DNA of 64,000 bases from Trichoplax sp. H2 (lineage: Eukaryota), in the NCBI GenBank assembly GCA_003344405.1, contig NOWV01000010.1, positions 558,001 through 622,000 on the forward strand, written 5' to 3'. Made by a program: the position numbers and the translations under genes. Positions 1 to 13,430 of this stretch are shown here, one piece after another (positions within the stretch are counted from its first letter, which is position 1; each line of letters opens with the position of its first letter). Below the pieces are notes generated by a model, which did no database searches, was not told the DNA's origin, and worked only from the letters and a program-made list of their open reading frames with translations.

Positions 1-1511
1 ACAATGCACAATTGTTAGTCGGAATTCGAGAGTCTACGTGGATAGTAAAGGCAATCAAATGCATTACGCCGATAATAAGCCGATAATAAGTCGATAACAA
101 GATCAATTCATGATATAACAACGATCTACTTGAGTACGGCAAAGACGTAAAAGCGTAGAAAGCCTGCTGCTTAATCATTTTCGGTTAATACCGCCATAAC
201 AGAATACAATAGGATGCTAATTCGTGAAACAATTAGCGAGATTGACAGAACCATCAAGAAATACATAATCCCACATTTGACCATAAAAAACATCAGGACA
301 AAGCCATGCAAAGACTGATGATGCAATTTAGATCAAGCTTATTATTATACTATGTATTGTACTTGTAAGAATAGCGAATAGAAAAAAATCACCGCCAATT
401 ACGACGCCGTGATGATCAATAGCTGATTTTGCTGAGTAAGCATTAAATAGTTAGAATAGTTTTCCCGCAAACATTTGTATCACAGTCAATACACGATTTT
501 AAACTTTAATATGTGAAATTATCAATCCTTGGATGCTCTCTCTATTACATCTTGGCTAATGTATTGTATCTCTGTATATATACATTGACCAGTAACATTG
601 GTTAAAGTATGCAATGATATACTCTTGCACAGTTCTGCTGATGATTTACCTACTCGTATCGCTCTGAATACTCTAAATTCTGGCTGTCTTCTTAAATTCT
701 TTAACTTATCAGGCTATTGCTACTTCCTTGAGCCTAATGTATTGCACTCTCAGTAGTAAAATTTAAAATTTATTTTATATGCTGACAGTAGTGAGCATGA
801 AGCAGATTAAAAATGCTGATATCTTTAAAAGAAGTCACTCGTAAATCAGTGCTCTTCTTTTCCTGAAGTATATCTGCCGTAGATACACGTACATATTAAA
901 ATCACGATTGCTAGAAAAGAAGGCCACTACAAATAGACTACCAGAAAAAGACCATTCTCTATTAGTCTATATTAACACTTATATGACAAAATAGTATGCG
1001 AATACAAGAGAATCCAAGAAATTATACAATCTACTCGTATACTCGCACAATTGCTACTATATTTGTATATAGACAAAATAATTACCTATTTGTTATCAAC
1101 CCCGTAATGAATAATTACACATTGCAGGGTTGATAATAAAGAGGTACTAATAGGATTAGCAAGACCGTAATATCCTATGTAATAGACAGGAATTTCAATT
1201 CAGCAAAGTTCACTCTTTTGACTGCCGGTACTTTTCGACGAAAAGCCAAGAAGCAATTTCTTGCTAAAATTACGACTATCGTGGCTATCAATATCGCCAT
1301 TTATTACTTGATTCTTTCAATACTAAATCATGATAAATCACTACATGAATAGTCAGTCGTTAATTTAATTTCATTGCGGTAATTATTGTTTGTATGGGCA
1401 CACCTACATCCCTATACAGGTCTGTCAAGATCTACAGTTGTGCCGAGATTTCATCAAAATCATTACAACTTATATCTGTAATGTCTAAGCTTTTATTAAA
1501 CAACGATTTAA

Positions 1512-1633
1512 CTAGTACAATCTTAATGATAGCTTATTATTAAATAGTTCCTACCACGCTAACTTAAACAACAATTTATCTAGTACAATCTTAATGATAG
1601 CTTATTATTAAATAGTTCCTACGGCGCTAACTT
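1512..1633. repeat. 68-bp-period tandem duplication
   Basis: CTAGTACAATCTTAATGATAGCTTATTATTAAATAGTTCCTAC at 1512 and 1580. Confidence 0.9.
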
Positions 1634-2050
1634 CCTATTCCACTAAGCAGTGAATGTGAATACCTGGTAGTAATTACTGCGGACACGTACAGGTTTATGC
1701 AATAAAGATTATTAATTAACAATCTACACCTAAAATCCTAATGTTAATTATAAGGTATCTTTTTCCTTGAAGTATATTCTGTTATTACATAAAAATGGTA
1801 ACAAATTCAATGTCATAGTGATGTCAACTTGCAGCTATAGTAAGCAGTACTACCAATCACCTTAGATGCCATATTACCCCTACCTTGTAACATGTTAACT
1901 GATAAAATTAATATATTGATTTAATTACCGGTCTCACCACCTGTCCAAAAATAATAATTGATTTTACTACACTATTACTAAAAACAGTCGATTCTTAGAG
2001 AGCAAAATCTAACTTCTCTATTACTGTAAATATGATCAATAATTTAGATC

Positions 2051-5000
2051 TTATGGGTATTCCGCCGATTGAGGATTTTCTTTGGTGTTAAGAACGCATA
2101 GCTTCTCTCGCTTGGCTTCCAAGGTAATACAAATTCTCCTCTAGTGATTGTCATAAATTAAAAATGGGAATTGAATGACGTTGAGAATATATTAATCAGA
2201 CTAAACTACCAGAGATAACTTTGCAAGCCACGTGGCAATCTTAGAAATAGATATTTCGTCTACCTTAAGCTTAGCCTTGGTAGCTGGAGCAATCGGTTTC
2301 ACTCGATGCACTTTCAAGTTACTCCCAATTACAAAGGAATAAATATCCCATCTACAATAATAAAATATCTTAATTAACTTTATCTTAATACTATTTGTTG
2401 CTAACCTATCGCTGATACAAGGTCGTTACCAAAAAAGCATCCAATTTTTAAAGTTGAGACCTAAATCATCATTGGCATAGCATACCATCATTGCATTAAC
2501 AATATCATCAAACTCACTGTATATCGGATCCGAGAAAGACCAGATTAGAGCTTTTATGTCGGTTAAACTCCATACTGCCCGACTTGAACGGTAATGTTTG
2601 TTGGAATTTCAGGTACAAATGAAAAGAATTCTCCAAACCGTAGGCCAGTCTTACATCAACTGCCGTGTATGTGTGTATCCGACAGTCCAGTCTATGATCA
2701 ATTTTTCAAATTTAATATAAATTCCATACTTATCAGTTGTCCCTGTTATCAGCGTCCATTTTTGAATCGAAACCTTTTTATAGAACTGTCCGCTAACCCT
2801 TGAAACTAATCTCACATTCTTAGCAATTATAATTACATGAAGAAAAGTTGATAACTTACAACGTTGTAACAACGAGTTTTTCTTCTTTTACGCGTATTTC
2901 GCCCTTTCTACTTATTACCACATCACCTCTAGATACATGATAAACCCCTCCGCCTTTGAAAAGTTTGGAAATATCCGACTTTGATGCTAACTGCCTATAT
3001 TCCATCATAGGCCCTTCCCCTATGATAGTTCGCTTCAACAATTCACGCGAATCATACCAATCCATCTCGAGGCAACCTGGGCAAAGTTTCTCACATTCTC
3101 TCACAACAGCATCTCTTCTATGGCTTTCACAGCCTTGCGAAGTTGTGCAATTTTTAATGACCTCCAATTGTACAACTCTAAATAAGATTTTGAATATGGC
3201 GATAATATCATTAGTATTATAAGTTTGTAGAGACTAAATAAGGATGTCTCATAAGGGAGAAGTACGGTACATAGAAGTAGAAAGACAATGTGTTTAAAAT
3301 TAGTATAGCATTATTCTATCATTGACTAGTAAATAATAAAATCCTCTACGATAGATATCTGTAAATATTTATGTACGCGTTATGTTTATTAGCTGAACCC
3401 ACGCTAGTGCAGTACATATCGCATCTAGTTAGAAAGATATGATATCCCCCTGTAGTACGATACTTACGTTGTCCTTAATTCATTTGATCTCTTTCGATCA
3501 AGGTAATCGTAGGCTACTTTACAATTATAGCTAAAGCCATACTTTATTGCTCTCGAAGAGGCACAATATTTCTTCCAGTATTAAAAATTCATGTTTGATT
3601 AATTTATTTTACAAATTAGCCACATTACCGTGTCATTAGTTCTTAAAACGAAAACAGATCACTTATAGCGGTTAAGTTTAGTTAGAAAATAGTTAATCTC
3701 TTACACTTAGGGCCGGAAAGTCACCCACGGTAAATTTCGAGCATTGCATTAGACCAAGTAGTAAAAATTTTCCCAAAAATTCTGGCAATGTTCCTTCATA
3801 GAGTTTGGCAAGGTAGGTCCTGAGAATCACTGGAGATTCACAGGATTGCTTAGCTAATGCAACACTTATGATCGCGATACCTCTAAAAGAGCATTTTTAA
3901 TTATATACCATATATAATAAGATATGGCCATATATTAATAGTTGTTTAACTCTACTATATAATTGAATTTATACTCCAATATTTATGGATAAACATCAAA
4001 AAGACATACCGTTTGAAACCGAAGAAAATTTTCTCAACGTCTGCTAATTGTGGTACAGTCAATGTATTAAAACTTTCAGTCATGTTGTTAACTTCGTTGC
4101 GAAACTTTCCTAATATATGCCTATCTTTTTGCCGGATTGTATTCTAATATATTAAATTAATAGAAAATCATTGAATACTGGATGATGTTCATGCAGATTA
4201 GATTTAATCTTCAAAGCAAATTCTAAACTGTCAGAATTCATTCTATATATTATAATGCATACGTTCTCTTCAGCAGAGTCTTGATCTTCGATCTTTTCAT
4301 AAGATTTCATAATCGTCTAAAGGATTAAATTCAATTAGTACGATAATTTGTAAAGTTAATGCATTAATAACTATATGTATACTACAATGTCATATAATTT
4401 TATCAATTTCCGGATTGATTTACTGCGATAGGGTTTCAATTTAGAACGACTATATATGTGTATTAACTGCTATCATCAAAGTGGAGAATAATAAGAAGGA
4501 ATAACAGTTAAGTTTGGATGTACTTTCTAAGATCTAGTGTGTAAATACCGTTAAGATACAGATGATGCTAAACGGCGTCATTGAAGTACCATGCTTGACT
4601 TCGATAATTTAAAAGCAAAACCTTAAACTCTTCCTACTTAGCGATGGAAGGCCTCATATCACTCTGAGTAAATTTATGCACCCTCAATAGTACAAATAAT
4701 ATCTAAAGATATAATGCTATATGGTGTGATTGAAGTAGCAAACTTAACGTTGACAATTTAAAGTAAATTCTTAAGTACTCTCTTCTTAATTGAAATACTA
4801 GCTATGATTAAATTGATACACTCTCAATACTACAAATAATATTGACTATGTAGTTGTTATCCATTATGATATTTAATATTCTTATTAATTCTATAATAGG
4901 CGAATTATGTACAAAAAAAGTCAGCTAATAAATTAATCTACCAATATAGCGATTTTTATCACATTATGAATTATACAGCAAACAATAACCGAACCTACAT

Positions 5001-6393
5001 TGTCTATAATTTGGCTTCTTCGATAATATTCTTCCTTAAATACTAATTTATCAGCATCTACTGCTTGGGAGAAAGAATCAGCTATTTTTCGGATGTACAG
5101 TATTTTGTAAAGGTATTGACAGGTTAGAATGACAAATATGTAGATATATTTTAAGAATATAGTAGGAGCATGAGTATACCTGATTCTGGGCCAAAATTAC
5201 AAGAGCCCGGTGTTTGTTCTTTATATTTTATAGTCCGGCTAAAATGGAGACGATCATGCTATGTCAGTATTAGGATGTAGTTATCTTGTCTAATAACCTT
5301 TCTTATAGTACAAATATCAATAGAATTTTCCTAATCCTGATACTTCAGATTTACTTTAACACTAAAAGCATCATTTCAAATAATAATTTTATACGCATTG
5401 TTAATGTTGTATCTAAACCCTTATACAATGTGGCCACACTTCAATAAATACCTTAAATTAATATCCTGTTGCACTCCGCTACTATTGGAATGCACTTCAC
5501 TATTTTGAGTTGCTATACTTATAGTTAGCACTCGTCCACGACTTTGATGTGGAATTTTACGAGCAGCAATCGTTGTTGCAAAGGTTTGAGTAATCTAGTA
5601 CGAAATTATTTGAAAGCTTAACATTGACAACTCCATACATAATAGGAGTGCTATTCTTGGTCGCATTATTCAAAAAAGAAATTGAATTACAATATGGAAA
5701 TGTACAATTTAAGGTAATTTTACCGAAGGAGGATTTAGGTTACGGTAATAAAATACAGTGCTCAATATTTAAAAAGTAGGAATCACTTCAACATCAATAT
5801 ACGCAGCCACGAAATAACTTTTGTTGACCTATGATAGTTCGTAAATGTACAGCAACTATAAGTATTCCTACCTCATTGCTAGTCATTCCATTACAACTTG
5901 CAGGCTGTTGGTAGCAGTTTCCTGGAAAGTATTCCCCAAACAAGCTATTACTGTCCTTCTTTCCAAGGCACTTGTCTTCAACTAGGCATTTGCCAAAGGG
6001 AAGACTCTATTGTCCAAAATAGATAGGATTTTATGCTCTAGATTTTGTTTAATGAAATATTAAATAAACCTGACAATATCATATTTTTTGAATTATTAGG
6101 CTTGTATTATTGCACTAAAAGCTAGGTTTGCTTAGTTCCAAATTTGATGATGCTCGTACTGCTATAATTATTTTGACATCACTTACCTGCAACCTGCACT
6201 CTGGTTTAACAGCCTCCGAACAATTAAACTGAAGCTGAGGGAGTTCATAGTAAATCTTAAACTCGTTCAATTTTATTAATTGTGACCACCCGTCTTCAGA
6301 CTTTGAAAAATAAACTTCTTTATCCTGCATTTTCTTACTCTCTTTATATTTGAATTGAAATCTGAAGGATTTATAATCCTCATCAGATTCCAT
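2051..6393 (-). CDS. Unrecognised multi-exon protein (~614-620 codons) with an in-frame UGA at the exon 13/14 junction
   Basis: Phase-consistent GT-AG exons: 6393-6187, 6006-5872, 5594-5452, 5238-5180, 5081-4999, 4316-4263, 4143-4010, 3882-3725 (or 3707), 3641-3629 (13 nt), 3530-3468, 3177-2860, 2798-2655, 2582-2430, 2351-2264, 2140-2051. Reads MESDEDYKSFRFQFKY...RRICITLEAKREKLCVLNTKENPQSAEYP*. An acceptor at 6402 implies at least one upstream exon. I recognise no family. Confidence 0.7.
4562..4842. repeat. Diverged ~150-bp tandem duplication in an intron of the orphan gene
   Basis: ATGCTA...ATTGAAGTA...AATTTAAA...CTCAATASTACAAATAATAT occurs twice. Confidence 0.7.
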
Positions 6394-6723
6394 GGAAGCA
6401 AGCTAATTTATAATAAAAATAGATCATTAATCCAAGAAAGCCAAATTTTCGATAGAAATTTATATGATTTAATTAGTATACCAAGAAGAGACTATCTATT
6501 AACTTAACGCAATTAGACCTTGATAGGTTTATTTCTTGATTGACCCACGTTTATGTTAATCTGGGATTTACCTCTCTAGATTATGAATATGGAAAACACG
6601 TAACTTAACAATGATATCCTTAATTTTGTTTTTGTAACAGCTAATATATCAGTAATATACTTCATGAAATAATTTCTATATGTGCATAAAGTAGTATTTT
6701 ATATTTTTTGCATAATGCATAAT

Positions 6724-6800
6724 TATCTTAGACTTATTTAGTTACATAACTATCTTAGGCTTATTTAGTTATATGACTATTTTAGGCTTATTTAGTTATA
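6724..6800. repeat. 27-bp minisatellite, ~3 copies
   Basis: TATYTTAGRCTTATTTAGTTAYATRAC repeated. Confidence 0.85.
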
Positions 6801-9800
6801 ATCTACATCGCTATACTTTAAGAAATCGCATACTGAATCCATAGGTGAAGTTCTGTGTCAATACGCGTATTAGCTTCTGAATGAATAACTAAATATAATC
6901 AAAGAAGCTACATATCATAAAGTTACTTTTATGTAGTGATACAGACAAGGCTATAAAAAAATAGTTACAGGTAAAATTAGTTTATCTTACGATATATGAT
7001 TGAAACGAAATTCATTGTGAGTTTCGGCTTGCTAAGTAGTTATGGTATGAGCTTTTGATTAATACACTCATACCCGTACATGATACAAAATCTAGAGCTC
7101 AACTTCATCAAGATTATGATTTAGGACAATTATCAAAAACATCTTTTACATCTAAATTTTCTGTAATTATCATATTGCAAAAATTGTATAAATTTTACGG
7201 CAAACCGTTAAAATAAGGTACCAAAACAGTGCATGAATTTATATACGTATGCCTAGTTATCATAACTACTAAATGTTTAGCATGATTAATACGGAAGCAA
7301 TTTACGTGACCGACAAAGAACAATTCTCAGGATCATATGATCTGTTGCATTCATAACTGATAAGTCGGGAAATTTTAATATTTTTCTTTTAAGTTATTGT
7401 GTTCGGTACATATTAGAGTGATAGCGTACTACAGAATTTATATAGCTTAATTTAACAGGTTGTCTCACAATTTTCAATAAGCTTTTATGAAGTTGTGGTT
7501 CAAGAATGAATAAATACTAGATGATGATATTAATAGCAATAATACTTAAATAGTTTTATTAATGCAATTTTAAGCTGACTATAATCTCAATTTTAATATG
7601 CGTAGCTGACCTGATGATATCTAAGCATTCGAAATAAATTATAGTTACTAGTTAAACTACTGACTACTAACAGTTGACTGGATCCTATTTATTTAATTCA
7701 TTACGGTACTATACTAACTGTCGCCCATTTAGAACTTCCTTTAGTACTGTACGTACGATGGTAATTCTCATGTGCAATTCGTAGACGACGTAAATCGTCG
7801 ATTAAAATTAGTGTAATCGTTAGCTTTTACGTATTAAGCTAACTACATTATGTAGTATAGCTATAAAAAATTATAGTATCTAAGTAGTTTTACCATGAAA
7901 GTCATCATAAAATGTTTGTAATCCACTGAGCTTTTGTAAACGCGATAGTTCATAAAAACAGGGTAGTTTTCTATGACTTTCATTGAATGTGCAGAGTTCT
8001 CCAGTACGTTGGTAACGACGAAATGATAGCATCGTTCCTTATACAGATTTCCTAATCGATTAGTAAATTTCAGATTTATTTCGTAAGCTTTTCATTTTTT
8101 CTAAATGGCCATGCAATCAAGTACAGAATTATTCTATGCATCTGCTATCTATAATTTAGGTCATATTTAAATTTTAACTATTTACAGCTAATTCCTGAAT
8201 TTTCTCGATTAATTGATTTAATAGCAGATACAATATTTCACATCAGGCTACAGTATATGCTAGTAATAACTCTAGGGGTATTCCATATCCGACAGTACTA
8301 TACTTATCTAAACGAATTGCAGGTACTCAACAAGAGACTTGCTTACTAACTCAACTATTTAATCATTATGCTACTTTTTGTCCTCCGTATTTCATTTATA
8401 TCATATCGTTAATAGCCGTTATCTACCGAAATATGTTACATTTAATGGATAAAGTAATTAAAAAACAATTTCTAGCTTCAATCATAATTAAACATTTTCT
8501 CAGTAGGCTAACTACAGTACAAAGATTAGGATAAACAAATAGTACCATGTCTAGGCCATCTAACAGATAATCAAATGACATCTAGTCATCTATTAATTAA
8601 TAACAATAATAATTAATCGAGTACAAGAATGCATGTTTACAATTTGAGCCCACTTACGATATGGAGCATCTCATGTAATTTAAAATAATTGTTACAGTTT
8701 AAATATATTGTGACGTATACTAATGCATTGTTCTTCTTTCAATAACATACCGGTACTTAATACGTTTGATAGCGGCAATTGCATAGAGAAACCTATAGCA
8801 ATGCTAATCATTATGATCAATGCTTTTTCCTGTAGCATTATCACGGTAGCGGTAATTCTTTTATGTCAACAGTTGAAGTTCTAGAAAAATAGATAAAGTA
8901 AATTTTCTTTTTAATGTATTATTGTCAAATAATTATAAATAGAACGAAAAAGGGAATAATTACTATATGTCGATTGTACTATAGAATAAAGGTTATTACA
9001 AAATCTTGTCTTGTCTGCACTTTTTTATCTATGCGCTCGTATTGTACATTATTATGGTCTGTAGTCTATGTTTCTATAAAAATTTTAAAAAGAGCCAGAC
9101 TAACGTGGTTTAATAATTGTAAACAAACCATATCACCGCTACTCTGCATTTTTTCGGGTACTCCTTATCAATAAGACTTAAAAATGGATTCATTTTTATC
9201 ATACTTATCTATTTAACCTACATATTTTGAAATTTCATTATGTATTGATCAAGTTATAGGTGAAGGCTTTTATATTTTAATTTAACGTTGAAAAGCATTA
9301 AAGTTGCAAGAGGGTTACCGCTGAATCTCTTACGATTATGGATCAATAGTTGGTTAAATTTAGTACTATCGATACTACATCGGACACTGTTCAGTATATC
9401 TGTTTGCAATGTTAGGAAAATTGCAAAAAAGGGTACCGGTATTTTAAAAAAAACTAAGCAGACTGCAGAAAATTAGGACTTTCAGAAGCAAGTATGAATA
9501 GTAACAACCACAATAAAATCTACTTGCAGTAGCTATGTTTGGAGGTAGATCCATATCAATGCACCAGTAATATTTGAAAAAGATTTACTAATTAACGAGG
9601 CTATAGCTAGATGGCATTATAGCTTATTATTTATAATTATCTTACTTAGAGGTGTAGGCTTGAAAATGAAGATACAAGTAAGGGAAAATGATTCTATTGC
9701 AATCTTAGTTTGCTAAAATGTAAACAACAAAAAATAAAATCATAGGGTTATCTAGCTAGTCAATTAACATTGAGAAATTGAGTGATCGTATCTTATAGCG

Positions 9801-12800
9801 ATACGTTAGAAATAAATAAAATTTTGAAGGTAAGAAGTAAACTTATAACTGTAAGCAACTGACCTGATAATGAAATTGATGCTGGTAGATCTTCGTAGCA
9901 ATAATGAGTAAATGTATGCATAAGCTACGTCTTTTATAGGCTCGGACTTGGTAATCTGAAAAGAGAGTAAAGAATATAAAAAGCAACATTCTTTGGTAAT
10001 ACATTGCTACGCATTAATTATATCCTAGAAATGCGCATGTAGCTCCACTATACTTTGATTGTTAAACCAAATTCTATGACAGGACACGTGAAAGCTGGCC
10101 AATAATCAATTAGATTCCGTCGAAGTTATCGTTGATTGCTGAGACATTGTCTATGCTATTCTAGCCGCAATTGTTTTTGAGTCTTAATATCACAGAATAC
10201 TATGACAACATTATTTTCATGACTTCATCATGGAAATTACCTTTATTTTAATTCTGTCGACTCTGGCCGTGAGATCCGTATCGTACCATCTAGATGTAAT
10301 CTTAATTGAGTCGTTACTGCCACGTAATCATAAAGGCGAAATAGCTACTTTCCATATCTAATTACACCGTACATTGACTGTTGAGAAAATTGGCAAGTGC
10401 AGTCAATTATTGCCGTTAATCCTTTCGAACTGTAATTATAACTTTCGTTAACTCCTTCATGAGGCCATTAAACGCCATCATCCTGGATTAATTGGCTAAT
10501 GAAGAGCATACATGATCAGAGATGAAGCTAATATGGAACTCGAAAACTGCATTAACGGCCGGCAAAAGCGTATCTATTCATGCATACTTGTAAACAATGA
10601 CATCATATATTTGTTTTGCATGAGGGAAACTATTTCAGCGAGTATGATACCTTGTTACTGTATTTGCTGTATCGGGCAATACGGTAACAATAATCCCTAG
10701 CTAATTAGACTTGGCTGCACTTTGCGAAAATGCCGTGAAAGCTTTGCAACTCTTATGCGCATTATAAACAAATGCTAGCAAGGCACGTAATAATACAATG
10801 CTGTGATCAACGTGGGATAATAGCGACTTCAAGGACAATTAGTAAAATTCCTCTTTACCGTTGTATTATATTTTAGCCTACAATACAGTATTACCGAATA
10901 CGCCGTAGCGTAATAAATAGCGTAATCGGACCTGAATGTTATTGTTGTAATAGAGCTCTACCAGCATATGTAATTTATGTTTATGTTATTTACAGGACAT
11001 GATTCCTGAATTTCAAAATGAATCGTCAACCTTTTCAATACATTCTTGAAACAATGTACGAATAGTATGTGGTGCTTTCATTCATTCTATCCTAGAGAAG
11101 GTTAATTATTTAGTCATGTACCGACAAAATCGTAAGTAGAAAGCCAACAATAGTTTAAATTCTTGAATGGTAGACAAGTTATTATGAGCAGAAGTAAGAT
11201 CGCAATAATAGATCCTATAAAGAATTGGACAAGCAGAACAAAAAAACTGATTTCATCGTATTACTGTAATGGATACAGCGTTATTACGGTTAAATTTCGA
11301 ATGATTTCAATTATGATTTATAAATAAGGTAGGTTCATTCAATACCCTGCAATGACTATTGCAGTTTACATGGAGTATAAATATATTTAAGAATAGCCTA
11401 CAAATAGCGGTGGAAAAGAAAACATTACTTTTTACTGCCTACTTTAGTTTCGCTTATAAATTCACAGACGTACTGTCTTATTGCCTTTTAAAAATATATA
11501 AGTTCAATAGAAATCGGCTTCCGGTCAAAGCTCCTTCATACGTAAGAGGCCAGCCTTATGAATATGATAAGGCGACAGAATGAAGAGGTTATATTTTGAC
11601 CCAGCTCTAACTGTATTCATTTTTATTGTGAAATTCCATTTCCTGATGAAAATTCAGGAAAAATAATCAATTAATTTTGACAGTAGTTCATTCAATCGCT
11701 CATACAGAATACAAAAGTTATAAGAATTTCTAGCTATATATCTGGTAATAGGATACACATATTTTAATTTAATAATCCGTTTAACTGCCCTATTATGCAA
11801 TATACTGTATTTATGAAAGTATAAACTTTAAAATATTTATTATTCCATAACAGCAAAATATAATCATAATTGTGATTATATCAATTATAATAATTATGTA
11901 ACCAAGCTATTTACGTCCAAGAAATTCGAGACCATATTGACTATTATAAACAATAGATACCCATTATAATTATCAGTCCAAATTAAACAGCGCAATTAAC
12001 GCTTAAGCTCTCTAAATATATAGGGATAAAGGCAAATCTAAACGCATTTAACTACATGTATATTTCGCACCTCTTATTTGTAAATAATTAAACATTACTA
12101 TTCGAATCGAAGTGATAACTAATTGATCATCTTTGCCTTTAAAACAGCAGTTGGAACACTTTCCATTGATAAATTTAGTTTTAGTTATATGCCATTAGAC
12201 GTTTGACTTAAAGATTTCAAAATGTACAAAAAGTGAGCGTATATTAGTAAGATCAAGCTGCCAATTTATCATACAGTTCATTTTAAAGTGTGTACGTATT
12301 AAAGCTCTTAAAGGTCTAATAACTAAAGGTCTTTACTTGACGTCGAGTGACATTCTTGAAGTGCTATATAAGTAATTTCAGCTCGATCACAAATACATGT
12401 GGACAATAAGCTATTTGAGAGAGTTTCAGAAATGAACTATAAAAATGCATTCTCATTATTACTGTTAAATAGAACAGCTAATAAACGTTCGTTATCTTTC
12501 CGCTCTCGATATTTTATACGAGTATATAAAAATTTATAAACACTTCTATTGTTATTCTTATCACGGTAAGTCAAACGAACTAGTTGCCAGCTTGTATAAT
12601 AAAGGTTATAAAAACAGGAAACAATCAGGGCAATTTTTGTCCGATTATCTATCAATAAACCAATTAAATAAATTTTATGTATTTTATGTCATTCAGAAGG
12701 CATTGTTAGATATCTCGTTCTCAGTATCCTACAAAATTGTTCTAAAGAAGTACTCTAAAATTATTGCTAATCCTTAAGAACTTGAAACGGTACAGTATAT

Positions 12801-13430
12801 TCGCTAAAATATTGTATTTCAAAACAGATATTAGATCTTTGGTTAATTTTTTCCATTTTTCTTTCTATTTGTATATTAACGCAGATCATATAAAATCGTG
12901 ATTGCATGAAACTAATTTATTACATGACTGATGTATTAGACTCATTGTGACACATGATTACGATCACCATATCATACGAGTTTTGACACCTAGAACATAC
13001 GTCTGTAAAGGCCATAACTGACAAAATGATGAAATGTTGATGTTATTATGCAAGATAGGGATTTCCTGCCGGCATGTAATCAGGCAGCGGCTGGTATTTG
13101 ATCGCTGTTGTCTGTAGTTTGGTTGACATTTCCCCGCATTATTAAATGTTTTATAATCCGCTAGGATAACAAGTGCAATGCAAATACATGCGAAAAAAGT
13201 ATTAACGATATAAAGACAGAATCAATCACTGACTTTAGTATAACATCCGGGATTGATTGCACAATGTAAATTAATATGAGTTCACACAATGTAATAAAAT
13301 TAATTAATCCGTGGATCTTACGCAATAAGATCTGATATCTGCACAATAGCCTAATATTTAGGATCACAAAGTAAGTATAATAACATTTCTAATATCCCAT
13401 ACATATTTAATCTAAACTTAATCCACGTAT

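Noticed and set aside
6115-6393. Weak MATH-domain-like look (GWSQLIKLNE)
   Set aside because: Too short and not supported by the flanking sequence, so no domain was assigned.
9864-9955. Minus-strand segment with a strong acceptor and donor in the 6.6-13.4 kb gap
   Set aside because: I could not link it to other exons or any protein. It may be a UTR exon of the orphan gene but is unsupported without RNA data.
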